From Malacoraja senta (taxonomy: Eukaryota), in NCBI GenBank assembly GCA_038087875.1, contig JAXLNO010005746.1, positions 1 through 64,000 of the forward strand: 64,000 bases of DNA, read 5' to 3'. The notes under the pieces are model-generated. The model was not told the DNA's origin. It saw only the letters and a list, made by a program, of their open reading frames with translations, and did not search any database. Shown here piece after piece: positions 1 through 10,171 of the stretch; the first letter of the stretch is position 1, and the number at the start of each line of letters is the position of its first letter. A program made the translations under genes and the position numbers.

Positions 1-497
1 GAAGGTTCACCAGACTGATTCCTGGGATGTCAGGACTTTCATATGAAGAAAGACTGGATAGACTCGGCTTGTACTCGCTAGAATTTAGAAGATTGAGGGG
101 GGATCTTATAGAAACTTACAAAATTCTTAAGGGGTTGGACAGGCTAGATGCAGGAAGATTGTTCCCGATGTTGGGGAAGTCCAGAACAAGGGGTCACAGT
201 TTAAGGATTAGGGGGAAATCCTTTAGGACCGAGATGAGAAATACATTTTTCACACAGAGAGTGGTGAATCTCTGGAATTCTCTGCCACAGAAGGTCGTTG
301 AGGCCAGTTCATTGGCTATATTTAAGAGGGAGTTAGATGTGGCCCTTGTGGCTAAAGGGATCAGGGGGTATGGAGAGAAGGCAGGTACAGTATACTGAGT
401 TGGATGATCAGCCATGATCATATTGAATGGCGGTGCAGGCTCGAAGGTCCGAATGACCTCCTCCTGCACCTATTTTCTATGTTTCTATGTTTCTATG
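1..497 (+). mobile_element. CR1-clade LINE 3' end (RT C-terminus, 3' UTR, (TTTCTATG)n tail), truncated by window start
   Basis: ORF 27..398 (LGLYSLEFRRLRGDLIE...FFTQRVVNLWNSLP) is a typical CR1 ORF2 C-terminus; ends in ctatgtttctatgtttctatg. Confidence 0.9.
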
Positions 498-558
498 AAA
501 TGTGAAGCTGGGAGAAACAATATATATATGTGGATAGGGACGGAGGTTAGGGAAAAGG

Positions 559-666
559 ATAGTAAGATTAAACGAGAACTTACCTAAGTTTGAAGTTTGA
601 TCTTTATTTTATGAGGAGTTACGTAGGTGATTACGTGAAGAACCCCGCCAGTGCGCCTGCGCGTCA
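559..666 (-). repeat. DIRS 3' inverted terminal repeat plus terminal extension
   Basis: 633-666 is the exact reverse complement of 5278-5311; 559-637 is the reverse complement of 790-868 (78/79). Confidence 0.88.
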
Positions 667-789
667 ATCTTCAAAGCAGCAGTGTGAAATCACAAAAAAC
701 AACAACCGAAGTAATATAGTCTCATACTAAAACGAGTAAGACAAGAACTTCCATCTGACCTTTATGATAGAGGGTAGGGTCGTGGTGGG

Positions 790-903
790 CACGTAATCAC
801 CTACGTAACTCCTCATAAAATAAAGATCAAACTTCAAACTTAGGTAAGTTCTTGTTTAATCTTACTATTTTACTTCGGAGTCACGTGAGTGACTACGTGA
901 AGA
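790..903. repeat. DIRS internal complementary region (ICR) encoding the circle junction
   Basis: 790-868 is complementary to the 3' terminus (559-637); 868-903 matches the reverse complement of the 5' terminus 5303-5338 (35/36); junction reads cttactattttacttc. Confidence 0.88.
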
Positions 904-1071
904 TTTTAAAGCTTTGTGATTTCATGCCGTGGATCAATCCCGGCTTCTCACTGCATAGATTGACTCGGAACGAGAATAATCAATCATGCATTCATAATAA
1001 CATTTGTACCACAAATGCAGTAATTCATTTCAAGAATGAAATGAATCAGATCCCCTTTAAACCAGAGGAAT

Positions 1072-1933
1072 TTACACAGAACTTAAAATAGTTTCTGCAA
1101 ACAACCCCGCATTAACAATAGGCCGATGGTAAAAATGTTGAAACATCAACTCATTGGACCACCCGGCGGCTGCGAGGATATGGTCGACGGGGCCGTCTTT
1201 TGCCCTGGCCGCCGACATTTCTGCTGCCCTAGTCGAGTGAGACGTAAAATCATAAGTGTTAATACCAGCAGCTGTTAAGACTTCTTTTATCCATCTGGAA
1301 ATAGTCTGTATTGAAACTCTCTTGTGTGGTTTCTTGTGTGTGATCAAAAACCCAGTTTCCGTATTCTCAAATTCTTTGTGACCTCAATGTATTGTAATAA
1401 ATATGTCTTAATACAGAGACATGGATCATTTGGATATGCTGCTAGCATAATTTTAAATCCTGTCACACCTGGCCTAATTTGCTTTAGTAGGTCATAGATA
1501 TAGAATGTAACCTTGTCTTTAGTTACTTCCATACTGTCTATTTGTAATTTTCCAAGTGTTTGCACTCGTTGTGCTGTCACTCATGCCATAAACATGAATA
1601 CTTTCATACTGAGCTTGACCAAAGGTAAAGACACACTTGATGACCATCACGAAGTAGTTTCAGTACCACACTTACATCCCAGATTGTCACGTACCTAGGT
1701 TTCGGTGGTTTGGAATTAAAGATTCCTTTCATTAGTCTGGAAACAATTGGGTGTGACCCAATTGAGTTTCTTTCTGAATCCAGAACCAAATATGAGGACA
1801 ATGCACTTCTGGCTGAATTAATTGCACTACAACTCAGACCTTCATCATAATAAAGTTTTGACAGAAATTCTAAACATTTGAAATATCTGCAGTACTTTAT
1901 TGCACATTCTTTTGTACCCAGAACTCTTCCCAT
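1072..1933 (-). pseudogene. DIRS tyrosine recombinase, split into three frames
   Basis: ORFs 1604..1933 (SAINSARSALSS...HPIVSRLMKGIFNSKPPKPRY), 1344..1580 (AQRVQTL, first catalytic Arg) and 1072..1347 (HSTR...AGWS...FQHFY, catalytic H-x-x-R, W, Y). Confidence 0.87.
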
Positions 1934-2050
1934 TTCTTAATATAAGAAAGGTACTGTTTTTGAGTGCTCTTCCTCCAGGCTGCCGTAAGCATGTCCACAG
2001 TATGCTCAGACAGTCCTCGTCCCAGAAAAGGCATTCTTAAAACCTGCAAA

Positions 2051-2431
2051 TCAACAAATCCAAACGATCATATAATGGATGTTGTTCCCCTGTACAGGGT
2101 ACAGCAATAAATTACTCTTTTTTGGGACTTTCATCAACATTTGTGTTGTAAATTCTAATATCAACGGATACCATGGCTGTGTAGGCCAATCTGGTACTAC
2201 CAATACCCTTGAAGCAGCATCTTGCCTGATTTTAAGCAAACATTGGCTTATGAAGCAGAAAGGTGGAAATATATATGAAAACATACCACCCCAATGTAGC
2301 GAGAAAGCATCAATCGCCACTGCTCCTGGATCTGGTTTCCATGAGACATATCTCGATAGCTGATGATTCAAGTCGATGTCGGTCATTCCAAATCTGATGA
2401 CTATATCATTGAATACCCCTTGATTCAACAT
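2051..2431 (-). pseudogene. DIRS pol-associated DNA N6-adenine methyltransferase-like domain remnant
   Basis: YVSWKPDPGAVAIDAFSLHW...YIFPPF...VLVVPDWPTQPWYP; FPPF corresponds to the [DNS]PP[YFW] motif; lies after RNase H as in DIRS pol. Confidence 0.75.
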
Positions 2432-2743
2432 CCATTCTTTATTATCATGGAACTTTTCGTGACCTGGTGTCTGCTAGCGTTCATTCTACCTGGTAGATAG
2501 ATAGCTGAAATCCAAATGTTCTTTTCAATACACCAAGCCCAAAGTTGATTAACCATTTTGTCACAAGACACCGACTTAATTCCATATCATTAATATAAAC
2601 AACTACTGTTGTTGAACTTGAACATGCTTATTAGTTGTGTTAGAACAATAAGCTTGGAGCCCATAGAAACATCCTAGAAGCTCCAAATAGTTAATTCCCC
2701 ATGTCTGCAGTAACAATGACTCTTCCTGATTCCATCTGCCTTC

Positions 2744-3088
2744 TCAGCTAGATGTTAAGTCAGTTGCACCCCATCCTGGTGCACTGGCATCAGTTTGTAA
2801 TATCATGGAAGGTTGTTCAATCAGCACTTTGCTGGAACTGCTTGAGACATGTAGAATCCACCACTGCAGATCAGAAACAGCATTTGTTGTTAGTTGCATG
2901 GTTCTATCAAAATGACCAACATGCATTCTCGGTGCCTGTTCTTTAAGTCTCTGCAGCTGTTGATAATGTAATGGTCCGAATTGGACTGCTGGGAATGCTG
3001 CTACTAATTTTCCCAGTACACGAGCCACCTGTCTAATTGAAGGTTTTTGCTCGTTTAGGAGATTACTGCAATCTTTAATCAAATCCAC
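2744..3088 (-). pseudogene. DIRS RT-RNase H connection and RNase H N-terminus
   Basis: VARVLGKLVAAFPAV...DLQWW...LQTDASAPGWGA (DAS first acidic RNase H residue). Confidence 0.8.
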
Positions 3089-4235
3089 CCTTTTCCCTGG
3101 GCAAAGTAATATTCATTTGGACTGAATCAATTGTGAACCCCAAATAATTAATAGAGGTACATGGTGTTAACCTAGATTTCTGTGGATGAATTAGAAACCC
3201 CAAATTTTCAAAAGTTGATTTCACAACTGCAACAGATACTTCTGTTGACTGTTTTGTCTTTCCTATAAATAAGACATCATCCAAATATGCCATTAGTACA
3301 TGCCCCTGGCTACTCAGCAAGCCCAGAATTGGTTTTAACAATTTTGTGAATATTCTGGGTGCAGATATTAACCCATTAGGCAGAGCTTTGAACTGCCACA
3401 ACTGGTTCATCCATTTAAATTTAAGATACTTCCTATCTTCTGAATGAACAAACACTGAATAATATGCATCTTTCAAGTCTATAGTTGCCATATAACATGC
3501 TTCTGAAATAAGCTGTTTGGCAGTCACAAATGTTTCCATTTTAAAATGTCTAAATTGCACAAAAGGATTCAGATTTATCAAATCTACAAGAATCCTACAT
3601 CCTCCATCCTTTTTTGATCGAGGGAATATATTTGACACAAATTCGTGACTTTGGTAGACTGATTTTTCAATAACCCCTTTTTTATATAGGGTTTCAATTG
3701 CAACCTGAACCTCTATCACTTCTTTTTGTACAAAGTGCAGAGTTCGGCTAGTAACATGCTGAACAGGCAAATCATAATTTGGATTGAATTCAATTCGAAA
3801 TCCTTGTATATTATTCAGGATTACCACATCTGAAGTAATTTTCTTCCAATTATTATAGAAGAAATGTAACCTGCCTCCAACTTTTGGACTTAATCCAGTT
3901 AGTATGTTCCCATGAGAACCAGGTCCACCTACCTCTTGAGTCATTTGAGTACCCTGAGATTCCTGGGTTCTCCCGGAAGCACGCCCACTGGTTCTTGCTC
4001 CCGCTGCAGGCCGCCAACTACGTCCCTGCGTTGATGAGCGACTTGGTCCAGGATCCGTATGACGTCTGAAAGGATACTTCCTCTTTACAGACTTCACAAC
4101 CATTGATGTCTTCATCAATCCTGTTATCGCTTCATCTTCCAACTCTTTAATACATCTCCCGAGATCTCTCCAAAGAGTAAGTTGGGTAATTTGTATATTA
4201 CTTGGTTTGCAGAGTGCTGCGAATTTCGGATTCAT
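3075..4235 (-). pseudogene. DIRS reverse transcriptase (386-aa open segment; N-terminal part overlaps gag end)
   Basis: VGGRLHFF...SNIFPRSKKDGGCRILVDL...IDLKDAYY...ALPNGLISAPRIFTK...AYLDD. Confidence 0.9.
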
Positions 4236-4500
4236 AGTAGACCGTATAGCACTTCTCGAAGTGGGTGCTGCATAGCAACCCCAGTGCTTGCTGATGCAAC
4301 TTCGTCATCTTTTGGTTGTTACCTGCTATTCTGGTAAAAGCAGTTATTCCAGAACCCAGCAGCTTTAATATTCTCTGCAACTGATTCCAGATACTCTTGC
4401 AGTCTCATCCATTTCATGCTGTTCCAGCTAATGGTAAACCAGGTAATTTATTAAGGAGGCCAGTTCTTCCTAATGGCTCTCCTGACCCTGCCGGGGCAGT
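4050..4500 (-). pseudogene. DIRS gag-like ORF1 remnant
   Basis: Frame-broken peptides (QQALGLLCSTHFE; NPKFAALCKPSN...CIKELEDEA) upstream of RT; assigned mainly by position. Confidence 0.45.
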
Positions 4501-5277
4501 GAATCCTACTACCAGGGGTGGAACATCTGGCAGCTGCCTTTCATCGCCTTGTACAGCCTCACCGTCAGAGTCGGGGTCTGAAATCTCATGACCCGTAGCA
4601 CGCTCCTCATTCCTGAGGGTGCATTCCATCAGCCCTGAGCCAGGTGCTGTTAAGCTGCTCCTGCAGCTTGGATTACAGTACACTCCTTCCTGAGTGAACG
4701 TTTGCTCCAACAACCTATGAAAAAGGCTTCTATTTGGGCAATACGCTCGAAAGCAGTATCTAGCCCTGTACCAGGAGCTGTTTGAACTGTTTCCAGCAGC
4801 TTGGCTTTCAGAACACTCCTTCCTGAGTGAACTTTGCTCCAACAGCCTGTGTAAAAGGCTTTCTATTTGGGCAATACGCTCTAAAGCAGTATCTAGCCCT
4901 GGAGCTTCTTCATTGCCTGGGACTCCCTCCGTTGGGATTTAAACTTTGTCTTTTGCCCGACAGGCGCTGACTGTGTTTTCACCAGCCCCAGGTCCACAGT
5001 CGCTATGCTCACCGCTGGCGACTGTACCGGGGTTTAGAGGCGGTTGGTCTCTAACCGCGGACTCCCGACTTTCCCGACTTCTGTCGGCTATGTCGCTCGC
5101 CTCTTCCCCCTGTCCGTTTTTTCCCATGGCGTCGGTGGAAAAAATCGCCATAGACCCACAGTAAACGGACCTGGAAAACCTGTAAAAAAGTTTTTACTTA
5201 CCTTGTAGTTGAAAAACTACAAACCACTCGAGGAGCACTGCTCCTCACGTCCGTTTGCGTCAAGGCGTCTGACGTAA

Positions 5278-5339
5278 TGACGCGCAGGCGCACTGGCGGG
5301 GTTCTTCACGTTGTCACTCACGTGACTCCGAAGTAAAAT
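5278..5339 (-). repeat. DIRS 5' inverted terminal repeat
   Basis: Minus strand begins (a)ttttacttcggagtcacgtgagtgac; matches the ICR and the 3' ITR. Confidence 0.88.
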
Positions 5340-5825
5340 TGTTGTGGGTTAGTTACTTAAAACTAGAAAATTCAATGTTCCCACCATTGGGTTGCAATCT
5401 ACTCGAGCGGACTATCAGATATTACTGCATCTGTACTTCCTTGTGTCTTCCTGTTTCTCAACCTATTTTGACGTGAGTTGCTAGCATTGTGTTGTCACAC
5501 TGCTACACTGGTGATGGAGAGGCTTGTTCTGGGTGATATTTGTGGGGTTGGGTTTGCTGTAGGTGGAACTGCAACCACCCCGAGACCCGGTTTGATTCTG
5601 ACCTCCGGCGCTATCAGTGTGGAGTTTGCAGGTTCTTCCTGTGACACCGTGGGTCTCCTCTGGGTGCTCCGGTTTCCTCCCACATCCCAAAGACTTTGTA
5701 GGTTATTTGGCCCTCTTGTCGATTTGCACTAAATGTGTAGGAAGTGCATGCAAAAGTGGTGTAACATGGGACTAGTGTGAACGGGTGATTGATGGCCAGT
5801 GTGGACTTGTTGGGCCGAACGGTCG
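5339..5825 (-). repeat. Inverted copy of the spacer block found at ~36140-36635 (also ~29395-29890); continues at 495-558 on the far side of the DIRS
   Basis: 5462-5486 cctattttgacgtgagttgctagca is the reverse complement of ~36487-36511; 498-560 matches the reverse complement of the (TA)n-containing flank at ~17390-17470. Confidence 0.85.
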
Positions 5826-5830
5826 GCCGA
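5580..5830 (+). mobile_element. HE1/V-SINE-type SINE (5'-truncated)
   Basis: gagacccggtttgattc...gggtgctccggtttcctcccacatcccaaagac V-SINE core. Confidence 0.75.
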
Positions 5831-6237
5831 ATAGAATCAGAATCACACTTTATTCGCCAAGTATGTTTTCCAAAATAAGGCTCTACTTTTTTACGAATTT
5901 GATGTTTAAGAAAATAAAATACCGTGAGAAATGTGGCAACTCTTGTGTACTGTATCATATAATCTGCTATTAATACACTCTTGTCCTTTGCTTCAGCTGT
6001 GCTTATATAAAGTACTGAACTTCTACTGAATTCTATGCAAAAGAAATGTCACTGTACCCATGTACATGCGATAATAAAATACCATTGAACCATTGAGCAA
6101 TGGGGATACAAAAACGGTTACATGATTACAACTGTGGACATGCGTTAAAAGAATAAGATAAAAATTGAGGGTAATCGTTATATCAATATTGTTATTCTGA
6201 AGGAATGACGCCCAATAATCATCGTTTAGCTTTTCAG

Positions 6238-6307
6238 GGCCAGAGAGGGTGTTCACACCTTGACCCTACAGCATCACCACACCCCACCTATGTCCAATCT
6301 AACTTGA
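6238..6307 (+). CDS. Probable terminal (cytoplasmic) exon of an upstream receptor paralogue: (R)AREGVHTLTLQHHHTPPMSNLT*
   Basis: Acceptor ttagcttttcag|g, paralogous to 16237-16339 but 25 nt shorter, which shifts the frame; upstream exons are not in the window. Confidence 0.3.
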
Positions 6308-6309
6308 CC

Positions 6310-6530
6310 ACTTGAGGAGGAATTTCTTTAGCCAGCGGGTGATGAATCTGTTGAATTCATTGCCACAGACGGCTGTGGAGGCCAAGTCAATGGATATTTT
6401 TGGAGTGGAGATTGACAGGTTTATTCGGGGTGTCAAAGGTTGTGGGGAGATGGCAGGAAAATGGGATGGAGATGGAAAGATAGATCATCCATGATTGAAC
6501 GGCGGAGTAGACTCGATGGAGCAAATGGCC
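6310..6530 (+). mobile_element. CR1 3' fragment
   Basis: gaggaggaatttctttagccagcgggtgatgaatctg...; paralogous to 16340-16570. Confidence 0.8.
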
Positions 6531-6701
6531 AAATAAAGGGAATGTTTGCGGTGGTGGACAGAACGCCAGTCAAGTAGGCAAATGTCACCAGGATGAAGCA
6601 GAGCTTCGAGGAGATGCTCCAATCCAGGCAACTGGAGAGCGTTGCAGCGCAGTCCTGATAGGTGCATTGTCCGTGGTGAGGAGGCTGGGGGAGGTGGCAA
6701 G

Positions 6702-6758
6702 TGAGTCACCAAGTTAGTCTCGAACCACTGCAAAGTCGTTTCCTGAGTAAACGGAAAT
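6702..6758 (+). promoter_or_regulatory. Candidate TATA-less proximal promoter motifs of gene 1 (AP-1 plus two ETS cores)
   Basis: TGAGTCA 6702-6708, gtttcctg 6738-6745 and acggaaat 6751-6758, 85-140 bp before the ATG; conserved at 39006-39062; motif match only. Confidence 0.4.
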
Positions 6759-6842
6759 TGACTGTTTGACTTCTGTTGTGAATGAGGTAGGGAACAACTC
6801 AAACGCAGTGCAGGGACCAAACCGATCCAACGCAGCTGAGAC

Positions 6843-6939
6843 ATGGCGGTGGGACAGGGAGAATTCACCCACCAGAAACGGCCCAGATCCAGGGGAACAG
6901 TCGCTCTGTTGGTTCTTGTCGCTGTTGGTCTCACATCAG
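6843..6939 (+). CDS. Receptor gene 1 exon 1: signal peptide MAVGQGEFTHQKRPRSRGTVALLVLVAVGLTS(G)
   Basis: Kozak gacATGG; basic n-region and hydrophobic h-region; phase-1 donor tcag|gtaaat matches the phase-1 V exon; conserved at 39147-39243. Confidence 0.75.
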
Positions 6940-7169
6940 GTAAATCGTTGTTTTACAAAATGCTCTGTTCATTAGAATTATTTACTGGCGCCTTGAATTA
7001 TTTGTAACCAAGGACCTCTCTGTACTGTGTGGGGGGCTGATGATAAATTGCTCAACACTCGTTAGTTCCTGTAGAGACTTCCATCAGCGGTTGTTGTCGT
7101 GTTGTATGCAGCCAAATTGCACACAGCTAGCTCCCTGTGCAGAAGGGAGATAACTACCTGGACCTCATT

Positions 7170-7550
7170 GAAAGTTACCAAATAGTGAAAGGCCTGGACA
7201 GAGTGGATGGGGTGAGGATGATTCCACTAGTGGGATAGTCTAGGACCAGAGCTCACAGCTTCAGAATTAAAGGACATTCCATTAGGAAGGAGATGAGGAG
7301 GAATTTCTTTAGTTAGAAGGTGGTGAAACTGTGGAATTCTTTGCCGCAGAATGCTGTGGAGGCAGTCAATAGATATTTCTAAGGCAGAGATGGCTAGATT
7401 CTTGATCAGTACTGGTGTCAGGAGTCCTGGGGAGAAGGCAGGAGGATTTAGTTGAGAGGGAAAGATAGATCAGCCATGATTGAATGGAGGAGAGTAGACT
7501 TGATGGGCCAAATGGCCTAATTCTGCTCCTAGTACTAATGAACTTATGAT
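7170..7550 (+). mobile_element. CR1 3' fragment in intron 1
   Basis: ctcattgaaagttaccaaatagtgaaaggcctggacagagtgg...cctaattctgctcct. Confidence 0.8.
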
Positions 7551-7879
7551 CTGTTCTTCAGAATTATTTACTAGCACCTTGAATTATTTTGAGCCACAGA
7601 GCAGACTACTGGGCTACGAGTTGCTCAAGATAAAGTGCTTGCAGACTTGTTCTTTCCTGCACTAATGACTGTTGTGATGCTGTACACAGCCAAATGGCAC
7701 ACCGCTAACTCCCTGTAGAAAATTACCCGACAGCTGGCCTTGTTGATGTTGGGTGTAGGGGTAACTCTTGCCCCCAGACCAGAGAGTTTGCTCCACTATT
7801 CTGGTGCAAACTATCTCCAGGTGAACTTTCTCAGTGACTTGACAGCAGATCAGCTAAATGCTTTACCCCTTATATATCT

Positions 7880-8000
7880 CTTGACTTCCTCACTCCCTGA
7901 CTGTTGGTCTGAAGAAGGGTCTCGACCCAAAACGTCACCCATTGCTTCTCTCCAGAGATGAAGCCTGACCCGCTGCGTTACTCCAGCATTTTGTGTCTAT
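7880..8000 (+). mobile_element. Penelope-like terminal repeat fragment with hammerhead-ribozyme-like motif (7906-7939)
   Basis: ggt-ctgaaga-a-gggtc-tc-gaccc-aaaac-gtc-acc followed by family sequence gcctgacccgctgcgttactccagca. Confidence 0.65.
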
Positions 8001-8115
8001 CAAAGCCACACGGCACTCCCTCCACGCACTGCAATGGGAAATGTTGAACCTAAACCTTAGCACATTCAAAGATAAAACCTGTGAAAGTCAGCCATTGGCA
8101 ACAGGCGGGCATCTT

Positions 8116-8160
8116 AAATGAGGAAGTACTGTCCCATTTAGCATTTGGAGAAGTTGTGGT
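8116..8160 (+). promoter_or_regulatory. Candidate intronic myeloid-type element (PU.1-like plus RUNX motif)
   Basis: aaatgaggaagt 8116-8127 and TGTGGT 8155-8160; both retained in gene 2 intron 1; motif match only. Confidence 0.3.
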
Positions 8161-8344
8161 AATCTCTCCCTTCTGAGAAAAACCAGCTGCCTTACAGACT
8201 CTGCTGCTCGAGCTGTTCTTCACACCGTGCTTTCCCCAGCCTCTGAGCTCCTTCAAGGCATTTGTCTTGTGGCTTGTGAGCGGACCTGAACTGATCTGAT
8301 GATGTGCCTCCACCCCAGCTCCTGAATCTGCAGAGTTTCACATG

Positions 8345-8585
8345 TGTTAGAGTCATAGAGTGATACAGTGTAGAAACAGTCCCTTCAGCCCAACTTGCCC
8401 ACACCGGCCAACATGTCTCAGCAACACTAGTCCCACCTGTCCACGTTTGGTCCATGTCCCTTCAAACCTATCCTATCCATGTACCTGTCTAACTGTTTCT
8501 TAAATGATGGGATTGTCCTTGCCTCAACTACCTCCTCTGGCAGCTTGATCCATACACCCACCAGCCTTTATGTGAAAAAGACACC
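8345..8585 (-). mobile_element. CR1/HER1-type LINE 3' end
   Basis: Reverse complement reads gtgggtgtatggatcaagctgccagaggaggtagttgaggc...; catagag tail. Confidence 0.7.
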
Positions 8586-8869
8586 TCATGATTATGCCAC
8601 GTGGACGTGGAGTTTGAAACATCAGTGGCAGATCCAGCTTCCACCACAGGCCGGGAAGATTAGTTCAATGGGGCACAAAGTGCTGGGGTAACTCCGTAGG
8701 TCAGACAGTATCTCATGGTCTTGACTTGAAACGTCACCAATCCATGTTCTCCACAGATACTGCCTGACCTGCTGAGTCACCACTGGCTATTCAGCTTTAG
8801 TAAAACACAAAGTGCTGGAGTAACACTGCAGGTCAAGCTGCATCACTTGGTGACTTTCCTTTAGTGACT

Positions 8870-9160
8870 TTAGAGATACAGCACGGAAACAGGCCCTTTT
8901 GCCCACCAAGTCCACGCCGTACAGCGACCACCCGGCACACTACCACTAGCCTACTCACTAGGAACAATTTACAATTTTAACGAAAGCCAATTAACCTACA
9001 AACCTGCACGTCTTTGGTGTGTGGGAGAAAACTGGAGAAAGCCCACGCTGTCACGGGGAGAACGTGGAAACTCCGTACAGACAGCACCCGAGGTCAGGAT
9101 CAAACATGGGTCTCTGGCGCTGTAAGGCAGCAACTCTACCCCTGTGCCACTGTGCCACCA
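8870..9160 (-). mobile_element. HE1/V-SINE-type SINE
   Basis: Minus strand has a tRNA-derived head (gtggcacagggg...gagttgctgccttacagcgccagagaccc) and V-SINE core. Confidence 0.8.
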
Positions 9161-9880
9161 TGTCTCTACCTGTAACATTACATATCCATGTTCTCCAGCG
9201 ATGTTGCCTGACCTGCTGAGGCATCACAGGCAGCTGCCTATTCAGCTTTAGTAAAGCACAAAGTGCTGGAGTTCAAGTTCAAGTTCAAGTGAGTTTATTG
9301 TAACGTGTCCCTGATAGGACAATGAAATTCTTGCTTTGCTTCAGCACACAGAACATAGTAGGCATTTACTACAAAACAAATCAGTGTGTCCATATACCAT
9401 ACCATACCAGTAAGTCAGCAGGTCAGGCAGCATCTCTGGAGAACATGGATAGGTGACGTTTACGGTTGAGACCTGAATAAGGGGTAGGCCATTTTGGACT
9501 CAAATGAGGAAAAACATTTTCACCCAGAGAATTCCTCTTTCTCCAGAGATAGTTCCTGACCCGTTGAGTTACTCCAGCACTTTGTGTCCTTTTGTGTATT
9601 AACCAGCATCTGCAGTTCCTTGTTTCTACTTGTTCAATGGGGAAGTGGGTTGTAGTGAGATTGAACACAGGGTGGGTCAGATTGAGTGACAGGTTTGGCT
9701 TCCTGTCACAGGACCACCACTCAGGTCAAGCCACGCCCACAGGGAAGGATGATCTGGGCGCCAGGTAGATTCACAAGCACTTCTGCTTTCACTGGAACTT
9801 GGGGAACAATCCTGGTGAAATGGGAATTAACACCAGCGGGAAAAGCATGAAAGTGCAACAGGTTCTATGCAAAAGAAGAG

Positions 9881-10014
9881 AGACACAAAATGCTGGAGTA
9901 ACTCAGCGGGACGGGCAGCATCTCTGGAGAGAAGGAATGGGTGAGGGAACATCACCCGTCGGTTTCTCCAGAGATGCTGCCTGTCCCGCTGAGTTACTCC
10001 AGCTCTTTGTGTCT
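9881..10014. repeat. Inverted repeat of Penelope-type ends (50-bp arms, 47/50, 34-nt loop)
   Basis: 9881-9930 vs reverse complement of 9965-10014; paralogue at ~42248-42381. Confidence 0.8.
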
Positions 10015-10171
10015 ATCTTTGGTGTAAACCAGCACCTGCAGTTCCTTGCTGCACACGATCTATGCGAAACCATGAACCTGTCTGAACACACAAATTACAT
10101 GTTTTTTATTGTTAAACCTCAGCTTGTGTTGCTGCAGTGTGAGTGATCTTTCATCATTAATGTGCCCACAG

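Larger units (their letters stand above)
559..5339 (-). mobile_element. DIRS1-type tyrosine-recombinase retrotransposon, decayed, with both termini and internal complementary region
   Basis: RT, RNase H, methyltransferase and tyrosine recombinase remnants in DIRS order on the minus strand; 34-bp perfect inverted terminal match (633-666 vs 5278-5311); ICR at 790-903; no TSD. Confidence 0.92.

Noticed and set aside
10099-10171. Alternative leader MFFIVKPQLVLLQ with donor cagt|gtgagt just before the V exon
   Set aside because: It would need a 33-nt intron, too short for vertebrates, and unspliced it hits TGA at 10144. The exon at 6843-6939 is a better signal peptide.
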